Notes under the pieces: model-generated | The model's input: the letters and a program-made list of their open reading frames with translations, nothing else | What the model was told of the DNA's origin: nothing | Database searches by the model: none | Shown here: piece after piece, positions 26,748-38,810 of the stretch | Layout of the letters: every line of letters starts with the position of its first letter | Numbering within the stretch: the first letter of the stretch is position 1 | Origin: Octopus vulgaris | Lineage: Eukaryota | Assembly (NCBI GenBank): GCA_951406725.2 | Contig: OX597821.1 | Coordinates: forward strand, 26,908,001 to 26,972,000 | Reading direction: 5' to 3' | DNA length: 64,000 bases | Program-made: the position numbers and the translations under genes

Positions 26748-27923
26748 GATGTAGATGATGAGAATTATGATGATCACGTTGATGATGATGACAATGATGA
26801 CGATAATCATGATGACGATGATGATGATGATGTAGATAATGATTACGATAATGATGATTATGATGGTGATGGTGATGATGATGATGATGATGATGATTAC
26901 GATGATGACAATTATGATGATCACGATGATGATGATGACAATGATGACGATAATCATGATGACGATGATGATGACGATGATGATGATGTAGATGATTATT
27001 ACGATGACGATGATGGTGATGGTGAAGTTGATGATTATTGTGGCACTCTCCTTGTTGCCGTTGCTGCTTGTATTTGTGGTGGTGGTTGCAGCGCTCGTGA
27101 TGATGAAGATGATGATGATGGGCAGGATCTAGCGGTGGACGGCGATGACGACTGATGAAGGGGAACATATTAATGATAGTGAATTTGATGATCATATGAT
27201 GTTAGTTTTTGTTATCGTTATTATTGGTTATGACGAATGCTTGTCGTGATGATGATCAATAACGCTGACGTTTAGTGCTTTTTTATTTTTTACTTGTGGA
27301 ATTTTATTATTACTAATAATAATTATTTGCGAGGCGGCAAGCTGGCAAAATCGTTAGCAACGCTAGACAAAAATGCTTGCCGGCATTTTCTCCGTCTTTA
27401 CGTACTGCGTCTAAATTCTCAATAGTTCGACCTCGCCTTTCATCTTTTTGGGAACTATAAAATAAATATTAGCCGAATACTTGGGTCGAATACTTGGGTC
27501 TGAACTTCTTTGTACCACAATTTGAAATGAATAACAATTATTTGATATTTCGATACAAATAAGTAAGTGTTTAGTCGAAAAAACAAAACAAAACAATTAA
27601 CGCCTTTACTAGATTAGCAATATATTCTGTGGAGAGGCGAAATGCTGAAAAAGTAAGATTTCAGGGTGATTTGAACCAAGAAGGTTAAGAACTGAAACAA
27701 AATGGGTAATTCATCATTTTAATTAATGGCAATGATGGAGATGATGGTGATTATATTGTTGTTGTTGTTGCTGGTGGTGAGGAGGATGGTTGTTACGGTG
27801 GAGGTGATGTCGATGATGTGGTTGATGACGATGGTTTTTTTTCACAACACCGCAGGCGAGAATGATTAATAGAGAAAATTGTAACGTAGAAAGAATATAG
27901 TGAGGTTTTCAATGATGATGGTT

Positions 27924-27957
<34 letters not shown>

Positions 27958-28555
27958 CAATGACAACGATTATGATAATGATAATGACGACGAGGATCAC
28001 TGCTACGACCAGGATCACGACCGCAAACATAACGTTGATAATGAAGATGACAATGGTGGTAGTGATGCTGCTGCTGTTGATGATGAAAGTGATGGTGAAT
28101 TTTCAAAATCTAGATGGTGATATTGGTATTGTTGATACTTGTTATGGTGTTGATGGTGGTGGTGGTGTGGTGATGGTAGTGGTGATCGCGCTAGTACTAA
28201 TAACGGCAATTATGATGATGATGATAATGATGATGATGATGAGGATGATGGTAAGAATGATGACGCTGATGATGATAATGACGACGAGGATGATGATGAC
28301 AGTGGTGGTATTGGTTGTGGTTTTAGTGGTAGTGGTGGTGATGGTTTTGTTGGTGTTGTTTTTGTTATTGTTATTGGTAGTAGTTCAATTCATAGTGGTG
28401 AAGGTAATGAGCTATCTTAGTGGTTTCAGTGGTATTCGTTGTCTAGGTTGTAATGGTTGTAATGCTTTGGTGCTGATAGGAGACCTAGTTATAGTGATAA
28501 GGATGATGATGGCGATGACGATGATGATGATGATGATGACGACGACGACGACGAC

Positions 28556-28588
<33 letters not shown>

Positions 28589-28630
28589 CATTGTGATGGT
28601 GATGTTGCTAAAGATGATGATGGTATTATG
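24710..28630. repeat. Large degenerate trinucleotide fields: (CCT/CAC)n, (CAT)n, (GAT)n
   Basis: C-rich block ~25250-25800, (CAT)n ~25805-26145, (GAT)n ~26420-27250 and ~27730-28630. Confidence 0.95.
27331..27500 (+). mobile_element. Degraded SINE family 2
   Basis: GGCGGCAAGCTGGCAAAATCGTTAGC...TCGACCTCGCCTTTCATC. Confidence 0.7.
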
Positions 28631-30104
28631 AACAAAAAAGTATATCACAGAATAAAAACAATACTAAAAAGGATATATTCCGTGAAACACTCAACAAAAT
28701 AATAGAATATAAATTGATTTTGTATCGACGCCACACCCAATTAAATGTTACGTTGGTACTTGTTTATCATTGAACACTGAAGTTTGTATCTAGATAACTC
28801 ACTCACACACACACACATTGACGTATGTGTGTGTTTGTGTACACATATATATATGTATGGATATGTATATGTGTGTTTGTATGTATGTATGTATTGAAAT
28901 TTTGCGGTGTTGTTAAGTGGAAATGAAGTAATTTCATTATATATTCACGTAGAAATGCTGGTTAAAGTCTCGGCTTATTACCATTTGTCTGTCATGCGGT
29001 GGAAGATTCTGAGAATTGAAATATTTGTAGGTACATAGCTATCTAGCCCTGCTCCAATGTTTTCAGATGCACCGATATAAACTAACATACACAAGTGGCA
29101 AAACCAACCAGCGAAAGCATGGCGCACGGCATGAATATACATGTGCATATGCTTGTGTATACATATATGTATGAATATGTATATATACATATATACACAC
29201 ATTAATTTTCTGAACATCTATCGTTTACTACTCAACCATGTTTCCTGTTCAACACACATAAAAACACATTAGTGATGAAATACCTCCGCTACTCTCAAAC
29301 CTGTGAGGTCATTGGCTTAGACAATATCCCACACGTGAGAGTGAAATACTGCATCTCAAATGTTGTTCCTATATTCAGGAATTCTTTAAACTCCGCCACT
29401 CTGCAGAGGTGTACCCTGATACTTGCAAGCAAAAGTTAGTTTTCTCACTCCAGAGAAAAGTAACCTCTCTTACCTAAGCTACTAGCGCTCTATAGCTCTC
29501 AAGCCTAACGTCTGTAAGTTAATGGAAACACAGAAGCATATGTCACTCAGCAGATATTTTTTTTCGTTCCTTAGAAGTAATACTTTTGCTCTTGACATGA
29601 GGAAAGCCCGTAGCCAAGTCTGGTATGCAAATCTTTTATCAAAAGTTCCCCTCCACGGGTTCCAGCCAACTCCATCTCTTGTATATGTAGCTTCATTTGA
29701 GATAGAAACATCTTAGAATGCGTTATCAGAGCTCTTTCTACTCCACTATAAATACATTTTGGGTGTCTTCAATGTTCAACTTTGTCCTCCACACTCTTCC
29801 TTCGTTTGTTCAATGGACCATTTGCTATTACATTCATTAACATCCACTGTTCTGCAGATTGTATCTGCACAAGTGTGGGCATAATCTCCCTCACCTACCT
29901 CAGAGATGCATCATCTGTGCGAATACTTATATGAAACCAACATTGATTCCCCAAGTGGAAACCTTGAGAGCATCGACCATACAAATCTGATCTCTTTTAA
30001 GTGTAAAAACTTAATTACTATTCATATCAAACCATGAAAGAGAGAAAAAGAGCAATAGCTATATGTAGATGCAATTATGCATGTTAATATGTGTGTATGT
30101 GTGC

Positions 30105-30640
30105 ATGTATGGGAAGGCATAGCTATTGATCGTAGCAGGTGGAGAAGGATTGTGCACGAGGGGACAGCCACTTTTGAGAAGTCTTGAGTTACACATGAAA
30201 AAGTAAGGAGGGATGTCAGGAAGGGCATCACTGTTACACTTCCAGACGATAAGGGTCTTCCTTTGATGCTGACATGCAATGTCTGTGCAAGACCCTGCCT
30301 CAGTAAAGCTGGAATCAAGAATCATCTTCGTAGTCATAAAGCGAGACACATGAGTGACAACTTGGCCACTGGTGGCGGTGTAACACACCATACTAATCAC
30401 ATCTGTCGGGCATGTGGAAGAGAGTGTAATTCGGCAGGAGGACTTAAACGACATGCAAAGGTACACGAAGCCCAGTTACAACTACAGCCGGCTATTACCG
30501 GTAAAGGTTTTAGTTGCCAATTCTTTACAAGACATTGTAGATCTTTAGCTGGGCTAAAAAGTCACATTCGATCATAGCACCAGTAACAGTTAAGCTTCGT
30601 GCAATGGCCATACTCGATAACGAGGGGGCAGCCATAATAA
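30105..30640 (+). pseudogene. 3' end of an RTE-clade LINE with three C2H2-type zinc fingers
   Basis: WEGIAIDRSRWR; CNVCARPCLSKAGIKNHLRSH; CRACGRECNSAGGLKRHAKVH; degenerate third finger SLAGLKSHIRS; short CTCG..CGAG hairpin then (TAA) tail. Confidence 0.75.
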
Positions 30641-30811
30641 TGTATGCATGTGTGTATATGTGTCATTGCGATCGTGCATGTGTGATACAGGAATGCGTAT
30701 TAATCGACAAATCAACGGGCATATTTTTCTGATATAAATGAAAAAGAAATCCATAACAAATTGCCAGACATACGGGCGTAGTGTATTTCACGCAGTAACA
30801 CATGCAAGTTC

Positions 30812-30859
<48 letters not shown>

Positions 30860-30863
30860 TATA

Positions 30864-31090
30864 TAAGCAGCAGAAAATTCAACAAAATCTGTTACTCTGA
30901 GTTTCTCGTTGCCGTTCATCAGACAGTTTTTGCTAGAATCTAGCAAAAACTGTCTGATGAACGGCAACGAGAAACTCAGAGTAACAGATTTTGTTGAATT
31001 TTCTGCTGCTTAAAATAAAGCATATTACTCTACCACTGGTATTTGAGTACTCTTTTTCCACCTTGTTTCACATTTATGTGTTTACTCCGG
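30864..31090 (+). mobile_element. Perfect 149-bp palindrome (30864-31012) with two HHRs and a 3' tail, in (TA)n
   Basis: Centre at 30938 (CTAGA-A-TCTAG); unpaired tail 31013-31090. Confidence 0.9.
30950..30987 (+). ncRNA. Minimal type-I hammerhead motif (mirror copy at 30889-30926, minus strand)
   Basis: ctgt-CTGATGA-a-cg-GCAA-cg-a-GAAAC-tcaga-GTA-acag. Confidence 0.8.
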
Positions 31091-31109
31091 TATATATATA
31101 TATATATAT

Positions 31110-31324
31110 AAAGTTAATCCAAATATGAAAACACAAAGAGAAAACACAACAACGCGAGGACGTGGAACAAATATAGTATTATTGCACGCTCAGGAAGGAA
31201 GGGAAGAAGGAGGGTTTAACGTTTCAAGCGGAGCTCTCAGTCGGAAACATAGGAGAAGGAAAGATTCAGAGAAGGGAAGACAGAGGAAAAAAATCGCCAA
31301 CAGTACATACGCGGTCACATTTTG

Positions 31325-31325
<1 letters not shown>
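31110..31325 (-). mobile_element. (TA)n-flanked PLE-terminus-like element with degenerate HHR (31215-31247)
   Basis: Minus strand: ttt-CCGACTG-agagctccgctt-GAAAC-GTT-aaa; related to 51230-51412 and 16835-16910. Confidence 0.5.
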
Positions 31326-31354
<29 letters not shown>

Positions 31355-31357
<3 letters not shown>

Positions 31358-31548
31358 AAATAATATTTACAATTACTCAATAGTCAAGATAAAACTCTGA
31401 GTTTCAGATGCCGAAGTGGAAATCCACAACACCATCTCTTCGGTTATCTGATTATTGACTATTGAGTGATTGTAACATATTATTTTATAGATATATTTCC
31501 TCTATTTATTGAGGTTTCTTTCTTTCTTTTGTTATCTTACCGTTTTTA

Positions 31549-31552
<4 letters not shown>
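31355..31552 (+). mobile_element. Short palindromic element with HHR variant in the loop (31388-31448, minus) and 3' tail
   Basis: Arms 31355-31387 and 31455-31488. Minus-strand loop: gataa-CCGAAGA-gatg...catc-t-GAAAC-tcaga-GTT-ttatc. Confidence 0.7.
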
Positions 31553-31605
<53 letters not shown>

Positions 31606-31718
31606 TATAATAAAGGGTAAAAATCATTAATAATTTTGCCAGGTCGTCAGCACGGAAATAAAGAGATCATAGAGGTAAATTTTACGAAATATTTTATAAT
31701 TATATACATAATTATAAA

Positions 31719-31825
<107 letters not shown>

Positions 31826-31999
31826 CTTTACTCTTTTATATATTTCATACTTGAGGCTGCAGCCATGCAAGTGCACCGCCACATATGTATATGAATATTC
31901 ATACATACATATACTCACATATACGACCACACACGCGCACAAGGTGTATATGATTGACAGCAATAATTTGTGTATTTCATAATATTGATTTTATATATT

Positions 32000-32380
32000 G
32001 ACACAAGGCCAGTATTTTCTGCAAGGTTGTAAATCAATTACTTCGACCCTAACATTCGAATGATGCTTATATTACCGACTCCGAAAGGACAAAAATTTAA
32101 AGTCGACTTCAGTAGAATTTGAACTCAGAACAAGAAGACTAACGAAATACTGCTAAGCATTTTGCCATGTCTGCCGAGGATTCTTCTACCTCGTCAGCTT
32201 TGTGTATTGTACAATATTGTTTTCATATATTAGCGCACGTCTAGTAAGTCCGGAGGGTGGGAGGGGAAACTCGATTATATCGACCCAACTGGTCAACTTG
32301 GACTTATTTTATTATCGACGACAAAAGGATGAAAAGGAAAGAGGAACTCGGCAGAATTTCAACTCAAAACGTAAAGACGA
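32000..32380. mobile_element. Two degraded SINE family-2-related fragments
   Basis: CCGAAAGGAC...AAGTCGACTTCAGTAGAATTTGAACTCAGAAC (reverse complement of family 2), and a second similar fragment near 32270-32380. Confidence 0.55.
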
Positions 32381-32750
32381 GGAATATTGTACAATACTGA
32401 AAACTTGATGATTGTTTCAAATAATTTAATGTTCTAGATTAAGAAATGCGTGTGAAATAGCTATCGAAGTCCTCTAAAAGACTACAAAGAAAAATTATGT
32501 TCGTGACTATTAATAGTTGCGATTAAGAGGCAAACTTATGAAAGGTTCGAAGCAATAACTAATACCGTCTATAGTACCACAATGAACATTATGTACACCC
32601 CGCCCCATACACAGATTTATATATATATGTATATATATATATATATATACATACATACATACATACATACATACACACATATATATATATATATACGTAT
32701 ATCTATATTTATATACGTATATATATATATATATATATATCTATATATAC

Positions 32751-32788
<38 letters not shown>

Positions 32789-32789
32789 G

Positions 32790-32903
<114 letters not shown>

Positions 32904-32914
32904 TACATATATAC

Positions 32915-33323
32915 AAAGTGCACTGAGAATAGTTATTTTTTAAAATTATATTTAAAGATTTAACCGGTTTCACAGTTTACGTTGATTTTCAAATGTTGAG
33001 ATAAAAAGGCAGTTGCCGCATCACAAACGTCTTTCTATCACAACTTTTGAATATCATTGTATACTGTCTGTGAAATTGGTTAAAATTTTAAATATAATAA
33101 AAACAATTTTAACTATTTTCAGTGCATTTTCAACGTCTATTGTCCCTTGCATTTTAAAAATTTGGTAATATTTTAAAAAAGCCCCATTTCATATCATGTT
33201 TTCACAATTTAATTTTTTTTCATACTTTACTCCAAGTTAAAAAGTCGCAAAGACTGATACCGGTTCTAAAATGTTCTTCATCATAAAATCATTTTATCAT
33301 TTTCTACCTTGTCTTATTTTCCG

Positions 33324-33325
<2 letters not shown>
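32915..33325 (+). mobile_element. Older imperfect palindrome (32915-33129) with tail, in (TA)n
   Basis: AAAGTGCACTGAGAATAGTTA vs TAACTATTTTCAGTGCATTT; the arms carry the HHR 3' half GAAACCGGTT. Confidence 0.65.
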
Positions 33326-33355
<30 letters not shown>

Positions 33356-33373
33356 TGTATGTATGTATGTATG

Positions 33374-33438
<65 letters not shown>

Positions 33439-33447
33439 TATAAAATA

Positions 33448-33553
33448 AAATATTAGGGAATAAATCCAAACTTACAGGGAAAAAATCAGATTTAGGATTG
33501 AATTCAATTTTATAGTAAAATATTATATTATATTAAATTAGAGATAAAACCAC
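33448..33553 (-). mobile_element. Solo family-A 3' tail
   Basis: Near-exact reverse complement of 16448-16552, embedded in (TA)n. Confidence 0.85.
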
Positions 33554-33584
33554 TTTATATATATTTATATATATATATATATAT

Positions 33585-34092
33585 CCATCTGTCCACTACA
33601 GTTCTTCTCTCCTTCCATGTAACCGGTGTTCGCCAAGCCTGACCTTTCTTCCTTGGTTCGACTTCCATCCGTGTAGCGTCTCTTATATTCATTCCCATGA
33701 CTTTCATCTCTTATGTTCCTGACGTAAGGCTTCCCTTCACACACGCCAGCTTAAATTAATTCGTCTTTAGTCGAAAGACACTGGTCGTTAATATCTTGTT
33801 GTTTGTATTTTTGATTGCGTAACATTTATCCGTTTTTTGTCCTTGATTTCGCATACATTCGCTTGCTTTCTTCCAAAGAATCTAGTGCTCTTAGCTTAGA
33901 ATTACTTGAGGCCGGCCAGATTACAGCAGTCTCGAGTGTAACCGGCCGAAACTGAAGGAAAGATCAGGAACACGATTGACAATAGAAAGCTCCGAATGAC
34001 CCGTCCTTGTTTGTTCCTATCCTTCTTTCTAACATCTAACTATCCGGTGATTTTGTTGTCGCCTGTTACGTTCTTGTTCCATATTTTGTTTT

Positions 34093-34095
<3 letters not shown>
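33585..34095 (+). mobile_element. (TA)n-flanked non-coding element with two HHR-like stems
   Basis: CTGACGT-aaggct...agtc-GAAA (33719-33776) and TGA-GGCCGG...CCGGCC-GAAAC (33907-33952). Confidence 0.4.
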
Positions 34096-34147
<52 letters not shown>

Positions 34148-34149
34148 TA

Positions 34150-34365
34150 AAAGCACAGTAGTGGTTGTGTGGTAGGAAGCTTGCTTGCCAACCACACGAT
34201 TTCGAGTTCAGTCCCACTGGGTGGCACCTTGGGAAAGTCTCTTCTACTATAACCTCAGGCTGACCAAAGCCTTGTGAGTGGATTTTATAGACCGAAACTG
34301 AACGAGGACTGTCGCACACACACACACAGACACACAGACAGACAGACAGACAGACACACACATAT
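34150..34365 (+). mobile_element. SINE family 1, 5' half
   Basis: GTGGTTGTGTGGTAGGAAGC...GAGTTCAGTCCCACTG...CACCTTGGG. Confidence 0.8.
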
Positions 34366-34390
34366 ATTTATATGAATATATTTGCTTGTA

Positions 34391-35619
34391 TGTCCTTCCG
34401 CATAAATAATGCGGTATTTTCAGTTGCATGAAGTAATGATCAGAGGGGGCGGGATAAACTGCCTGCATCAAAATCAGGTAGTAATTTTCCCTTGCACTTA
34501 TTCTAAGTGCAATGTTTTGAAAAGAGTACTGTTGGATTTTAACCGCTATTTTTTCAAAGCTATAATGAAAGTAGCAAAGGAGCATATTCGGCAAATTTCG
34601 CTTTATGAGTTCAAGAAAGGCAACAAAGCAACGGAAAGTGCGAGGAATATTAATTCAGTATATGGAGATCTGACAATAAGCGTACGCCAGTGTCAACGGT
34701 GGTTCCAGAAATTATGCGCCGGAAACTACCACCTAGAAGACAAACCTCGTCCTGGAAAATCTGGAGATCTCGACGAGGACGTCCTGGTGGAACAAAATCC
34801 CATCGAAATTGTCGAAGAACTATGAGATAAGCTTAGATTTGGTCATTCAATCATTCATCGATACCTGCGTGCCATTCGGAAAGTCAGAAAATTGGGTCAG
34901 TGTGTTCTTCACAAACTTTCCGAGTCTAATCGCGCGCAGAGAGTGAATGTGTGCTCTTCTTTGCTATCATGTCTCACGAATGAACCGTTTGTGGGCTGAC
35001 TAGTGATTGTTGACGAGAAATGGGTCCTCTATCAAGATGTCAAGCGCCGAAGACAGTGGGCAGAGAAAAGAGAAATACTGGCACCCCAGGCTAAATGTCT
35101 TCACCTACGTATTGTGCTCTTATCTGTCTGGTGGAATATAAAAAGTTTTGTCCACTTTGAACTTTGAAACCAAAACCGAACGATAACAAAGGAGATCTGA
35201 AACGAGCAACTTGAGCGGCCTTATCTTACCGCTAGAAGAAAAACAACCATCTTTGGTTTCAAGACGAAAGGTGTTCTTCCATCAGGATAATGCTCATAGT
35301 AGTTTGAATGAGAAACAATGCCACACTCACCATATTCGTCAGATGTTGCCCTATCTGATTATCATTTAATCCGCAGTCTTCAAAACATTTAGACGGAAAA
35401 AATATGAAATCTGTTGACGAGGTCAGAACAGTACTGAAGGAGTATTTTTCATCACGGAGTTTTGGAACAGTGGAGTTTTGGAAGAGTGGCGTTGCAAGTC
35501 TACCAGATAGATGGAAGGACATTGGAGAAAATGAAGGAGAGTATATTTTAGATTAAAAATGAACTTAATTTTGAAAAATAAATGTATAAAAAAACAGTAT
35601 TATTTATGGGATGGCCCTA
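34391..35619 (+). mobile_element. Full-length decayed mariner transposon
   Basis: Transposase from ~34565: HIRQISLYEFKKG, CQRWFQK, LEDKPRPG, IVDEKWVLY, FHQDNA, SPYSSDVALSDYHL. Degenerate TIRs (..CATAAATAAT.. / ..ATTATTTATG..) flanked by TA. Has stops and frameshifts. Confidence 0.9.
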
Positions 35620-36224
35620 TATATCACTACATTTTATAAAAATCGGTTGATTGTCCAAACCCAAAATACTCATTCTTTTGAGGAAATCTGTTTTTGGACA
35701 CGAGTAAAGTTTGTTGTGTCGCTGTTAATCAACGGAACATACTCCATGAATATACTGTTACTTCCGTTAAAACGGTAATATACCACTTTTCAGTATCTTG
35801 TATTGAAGATATCGACTGCAGAAATATAGGAAGAAGGAACTACTCGACAGTTGCACAAATCTATACGTTCATGTTGACACCTTTATACAGGAATGTGAAT
35901 AACTCAAATTTTGTACGGCTGTCACTGAGGTGCCTTTAAAATGCTTGCATGCTAAATTAGCAATTACAAAAGCAAAATTTGAAGAAAAATGACATGCATA
36001 GAACAAACTATACATGTTGCCTTTAATCTTACTATTGCATACACACATCTCTCCAATCATGCATGTATACTTATATACATAGATACATGCTTGCACGTAT
36101 GCATATCGACACACATCTCGGAGCGTGAGTGTGTGTATCTCTCGACCTATATATACATAATATATGTGCGTGCGTGCCTTTGTGTATGTATATATATATA
36201 TATATATATATATGCGCATACATA

Positions 36225-36293
<69 letters not shown>

Positions 36294-36300
36294 GCATATA

Positions 36301-36772
36301 GGCGCAGGAGTGGCTGTGTGGTAAGTAGCTTGTTTACCAACCACATAGTTCCGGGTTCAGTTCCACTAGGAGTGGCTGTGTGGTAAGTAGCTTGTTTACT
36401 AATCACATGCTTCCGGGTTCAGTCCCACTGCGTGGCACCTTGGGCAAGTGTCTTCTACTATAGCCTCGGGCCCACCAAAGTCTTGTGAGTGGATTTGGTA
36501 GACGGAAACGGAAAAAAGCCTGTCGTATATATGTATTTATATATGTGTGTGTATATGTTTGTGTGTCTGTGTTTGTCCCCCCTAGCATTGCTTGACAACC
36601 GATGCTGGTGTGTTTATGTCCCCGTTACTTAGCGGTTCGGCAAAAGAGACCGAAAGAATAAGTACTGGGCTGACAAAAGAATAAGTCCCGGGGTCGAGTT
36701 GCTCGATTAAAGGCGGTGCTCCAGCATGGCCGCAGTCAAATGACTGAAACAAGTAAAAGAGAAAGAGAAAGA

Positions 36773-36774
<2 letters not shown>
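36301..36774 (+). mobile_element. SINE family 1, full length, with duplicated head
   Basis: A-box-like TGGCTGTGTGG and B-box-like GGTTCAGTCCC; the 62-bp head is repeated at 36306 and 36368. Confidence 0.9.
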
Positions 36775-36823
<49 letters not shown>

Positions 36824-37099
36824 GATGTGCACATATAGCATTTTATTTTACACACGCACACACAAACACACACACAGACTCATATCCTGTCTATCATTTT
36901 TCATCAGTTGTTAAAAAGTTATGAAAGTAACTTAAAAGCCGAGTTTTGCACATGTTAGCACGAAACTATGGGATGCATTGCTTCTTCATCGTACTGCATT
37001 TTGTGCTTCAGCAATTTTAGTTATATTTTTCTGGGATTATTCTGGAGGTGTAACGTAATGTAATGATGAGCTATATATACAAATGCAGAGTAGGTAACT

Positions 37100-37400
37100 T
37101 TTATATTTTTGTTAATGAATATTTCATGGAAGGTATGGTCTCTATGGATGTTTCTTGATCACAGAAATTTGTCGCTTCGTTACACAAAGTCCTACTTACT
37201 CGCTGGAAGGCGAGTTGAATCATGTTTATATTTTTAACTCGTCTTTTGCTGTTTGTTGTGGATGAGCAGTATTTTGCAGGGTTTTTAAAATGATGCGAGC
37301 AAGCGTTTGTTTTCAGTGGTGCATGACTTTGTGAACACTTGCTTCTACAGGGATATTGGCAGCTGATACATTTGCTAATCAAGAGCGCCTATTTTGTTGC
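37100..37400 (-). pseudogene. Possible highly decayed Penelope-like fragment
   Basis: NSKRRVKNINMIQLAFQRV region resembles a frameshifted RKRNIIWFNPPFS linker. Confidence 0.35.
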
Positions 37401-37953
37401 GTATGATCAATGTGCAGAGATTGAAAGATTAAGTGTAGTATTAGTAGCACTCTGGCGATAAGTTCAGCCTTGTCTCCAGGGTGTTAGAACGTAACTTGCT
37501 TTTCCTAGTTATCTCCTAGTTATATTTTGATTGTAGTTGTGGTCTGTTTCCTGACCGTGTCAGCAGTCATAGGTTTGTGTCCTTCAAATCATCAGGCCAG
37601 TGATTATGTAGAAACCAACTTTAGTATAGATATATAGTTGTTCAAGCTTTAATTTTCATGTGAAATAATCCAGTTTGGATTTGGCTATTTCGGCGTCATT
37701 GTTATGACTAAAGGAAACGGAACATTCTTCATGTAGGTATTCTGAAAGCAAATTATTTTGTAGTTGAATATACGCAACCATCTACCATACCATATCTCAT
37801 TTGCTGGTATGACTGTAATTTAGGTTGTGAAGTGTAAACTCCAACAATTAGAATCAGAATCGCATCAATCGATTAAGGCCGTGTACTTTTTCTATCGATC
37901 TATCGGCTAAGGTATGGGGGAATAAAGACACTGACACCGGTTGTCAAGCCCGT

Positions 37954-38003
<50 letters not shown>

Positions 38004-38338
38004 TGTATGTATGTATGTATGTATGTATGTGCGTGCGTGTGCGCGTGAGTGTGCGTGTGTGTGTGTGTGTGTGTGTGTTAGTGTGTGAGTGCGTGCGGGT
38101 GTGCGCACGTATGTGTATTTGTCTTTGTGTCTGTTACCCCTCACTGCTTGACAACCGGTGTTTATGCCCCCCCCTACCTTTTCACCTGAACTAACTTGAA
38201 ATCATAGTCAACATTCGGTCGATAAAGGATCTCAGCTCACTTTCATTCAAAGGGGTTGTTTTATTTATTCCTAAACTGGAATTATTCATGAAAACCTTTC
38301 TTGATTCTTCTGTTTTAATAACAATGCTCGCTATCACG

Positions 38339-38810
38339 GAGGCGTAGCTGCGTGGTAAAAGCTAGCTTCCCAACCACATGGTTCCGAGCTCAGTCCCACT
38401 GCGTGGCACCTTGGGCAACTGTCTTCCTCTATATCCTCGTGCCGACCAAAGTCTGTGATTTGATTTCGTAGACGGAAACTGAACGAAGCTCGTTGTATAT
38501 ATATATATATATGTATATACATGTGTGTGCGTGTGTGTGTGTGTATGCGAGTGTGTATGTTAGTGTGTTTGTGCGCGCGCGCCCGTGTGCACGTATATGT
38601 GTCTGTGTTTGTTCCCCTTCATTGCTTGACAACCGGTGTCATTGTGTTTATGTTCTTGTACTTAGCCGTACCGCAAAAAGAGATCGATAGAAAAAGAACC
38701 AGGCTTTAAAACTATAAATGCTTGGGTCGATTCATTCGACTAAAATTTATCAAGGCTGTGTCCCAGCATGGCCGCAGTCTAATGACTGAAACAATTAAAA
38801 GATAAAAGAT
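38339..38810 (+). mobile_element. SINE family 1, diverged
   Basis: Head, core, (GT)n and 3' CCAGCATGGCCGCAGTC.AATGACTGAAAC all present. Confidence 0.85.

Noticed and set aside
26358-28648. Long poly-Ile/Met/His ORFs
   Set aside because: Translations of (GAT)n/(CAT)n repeats with no splice or domain evidence.
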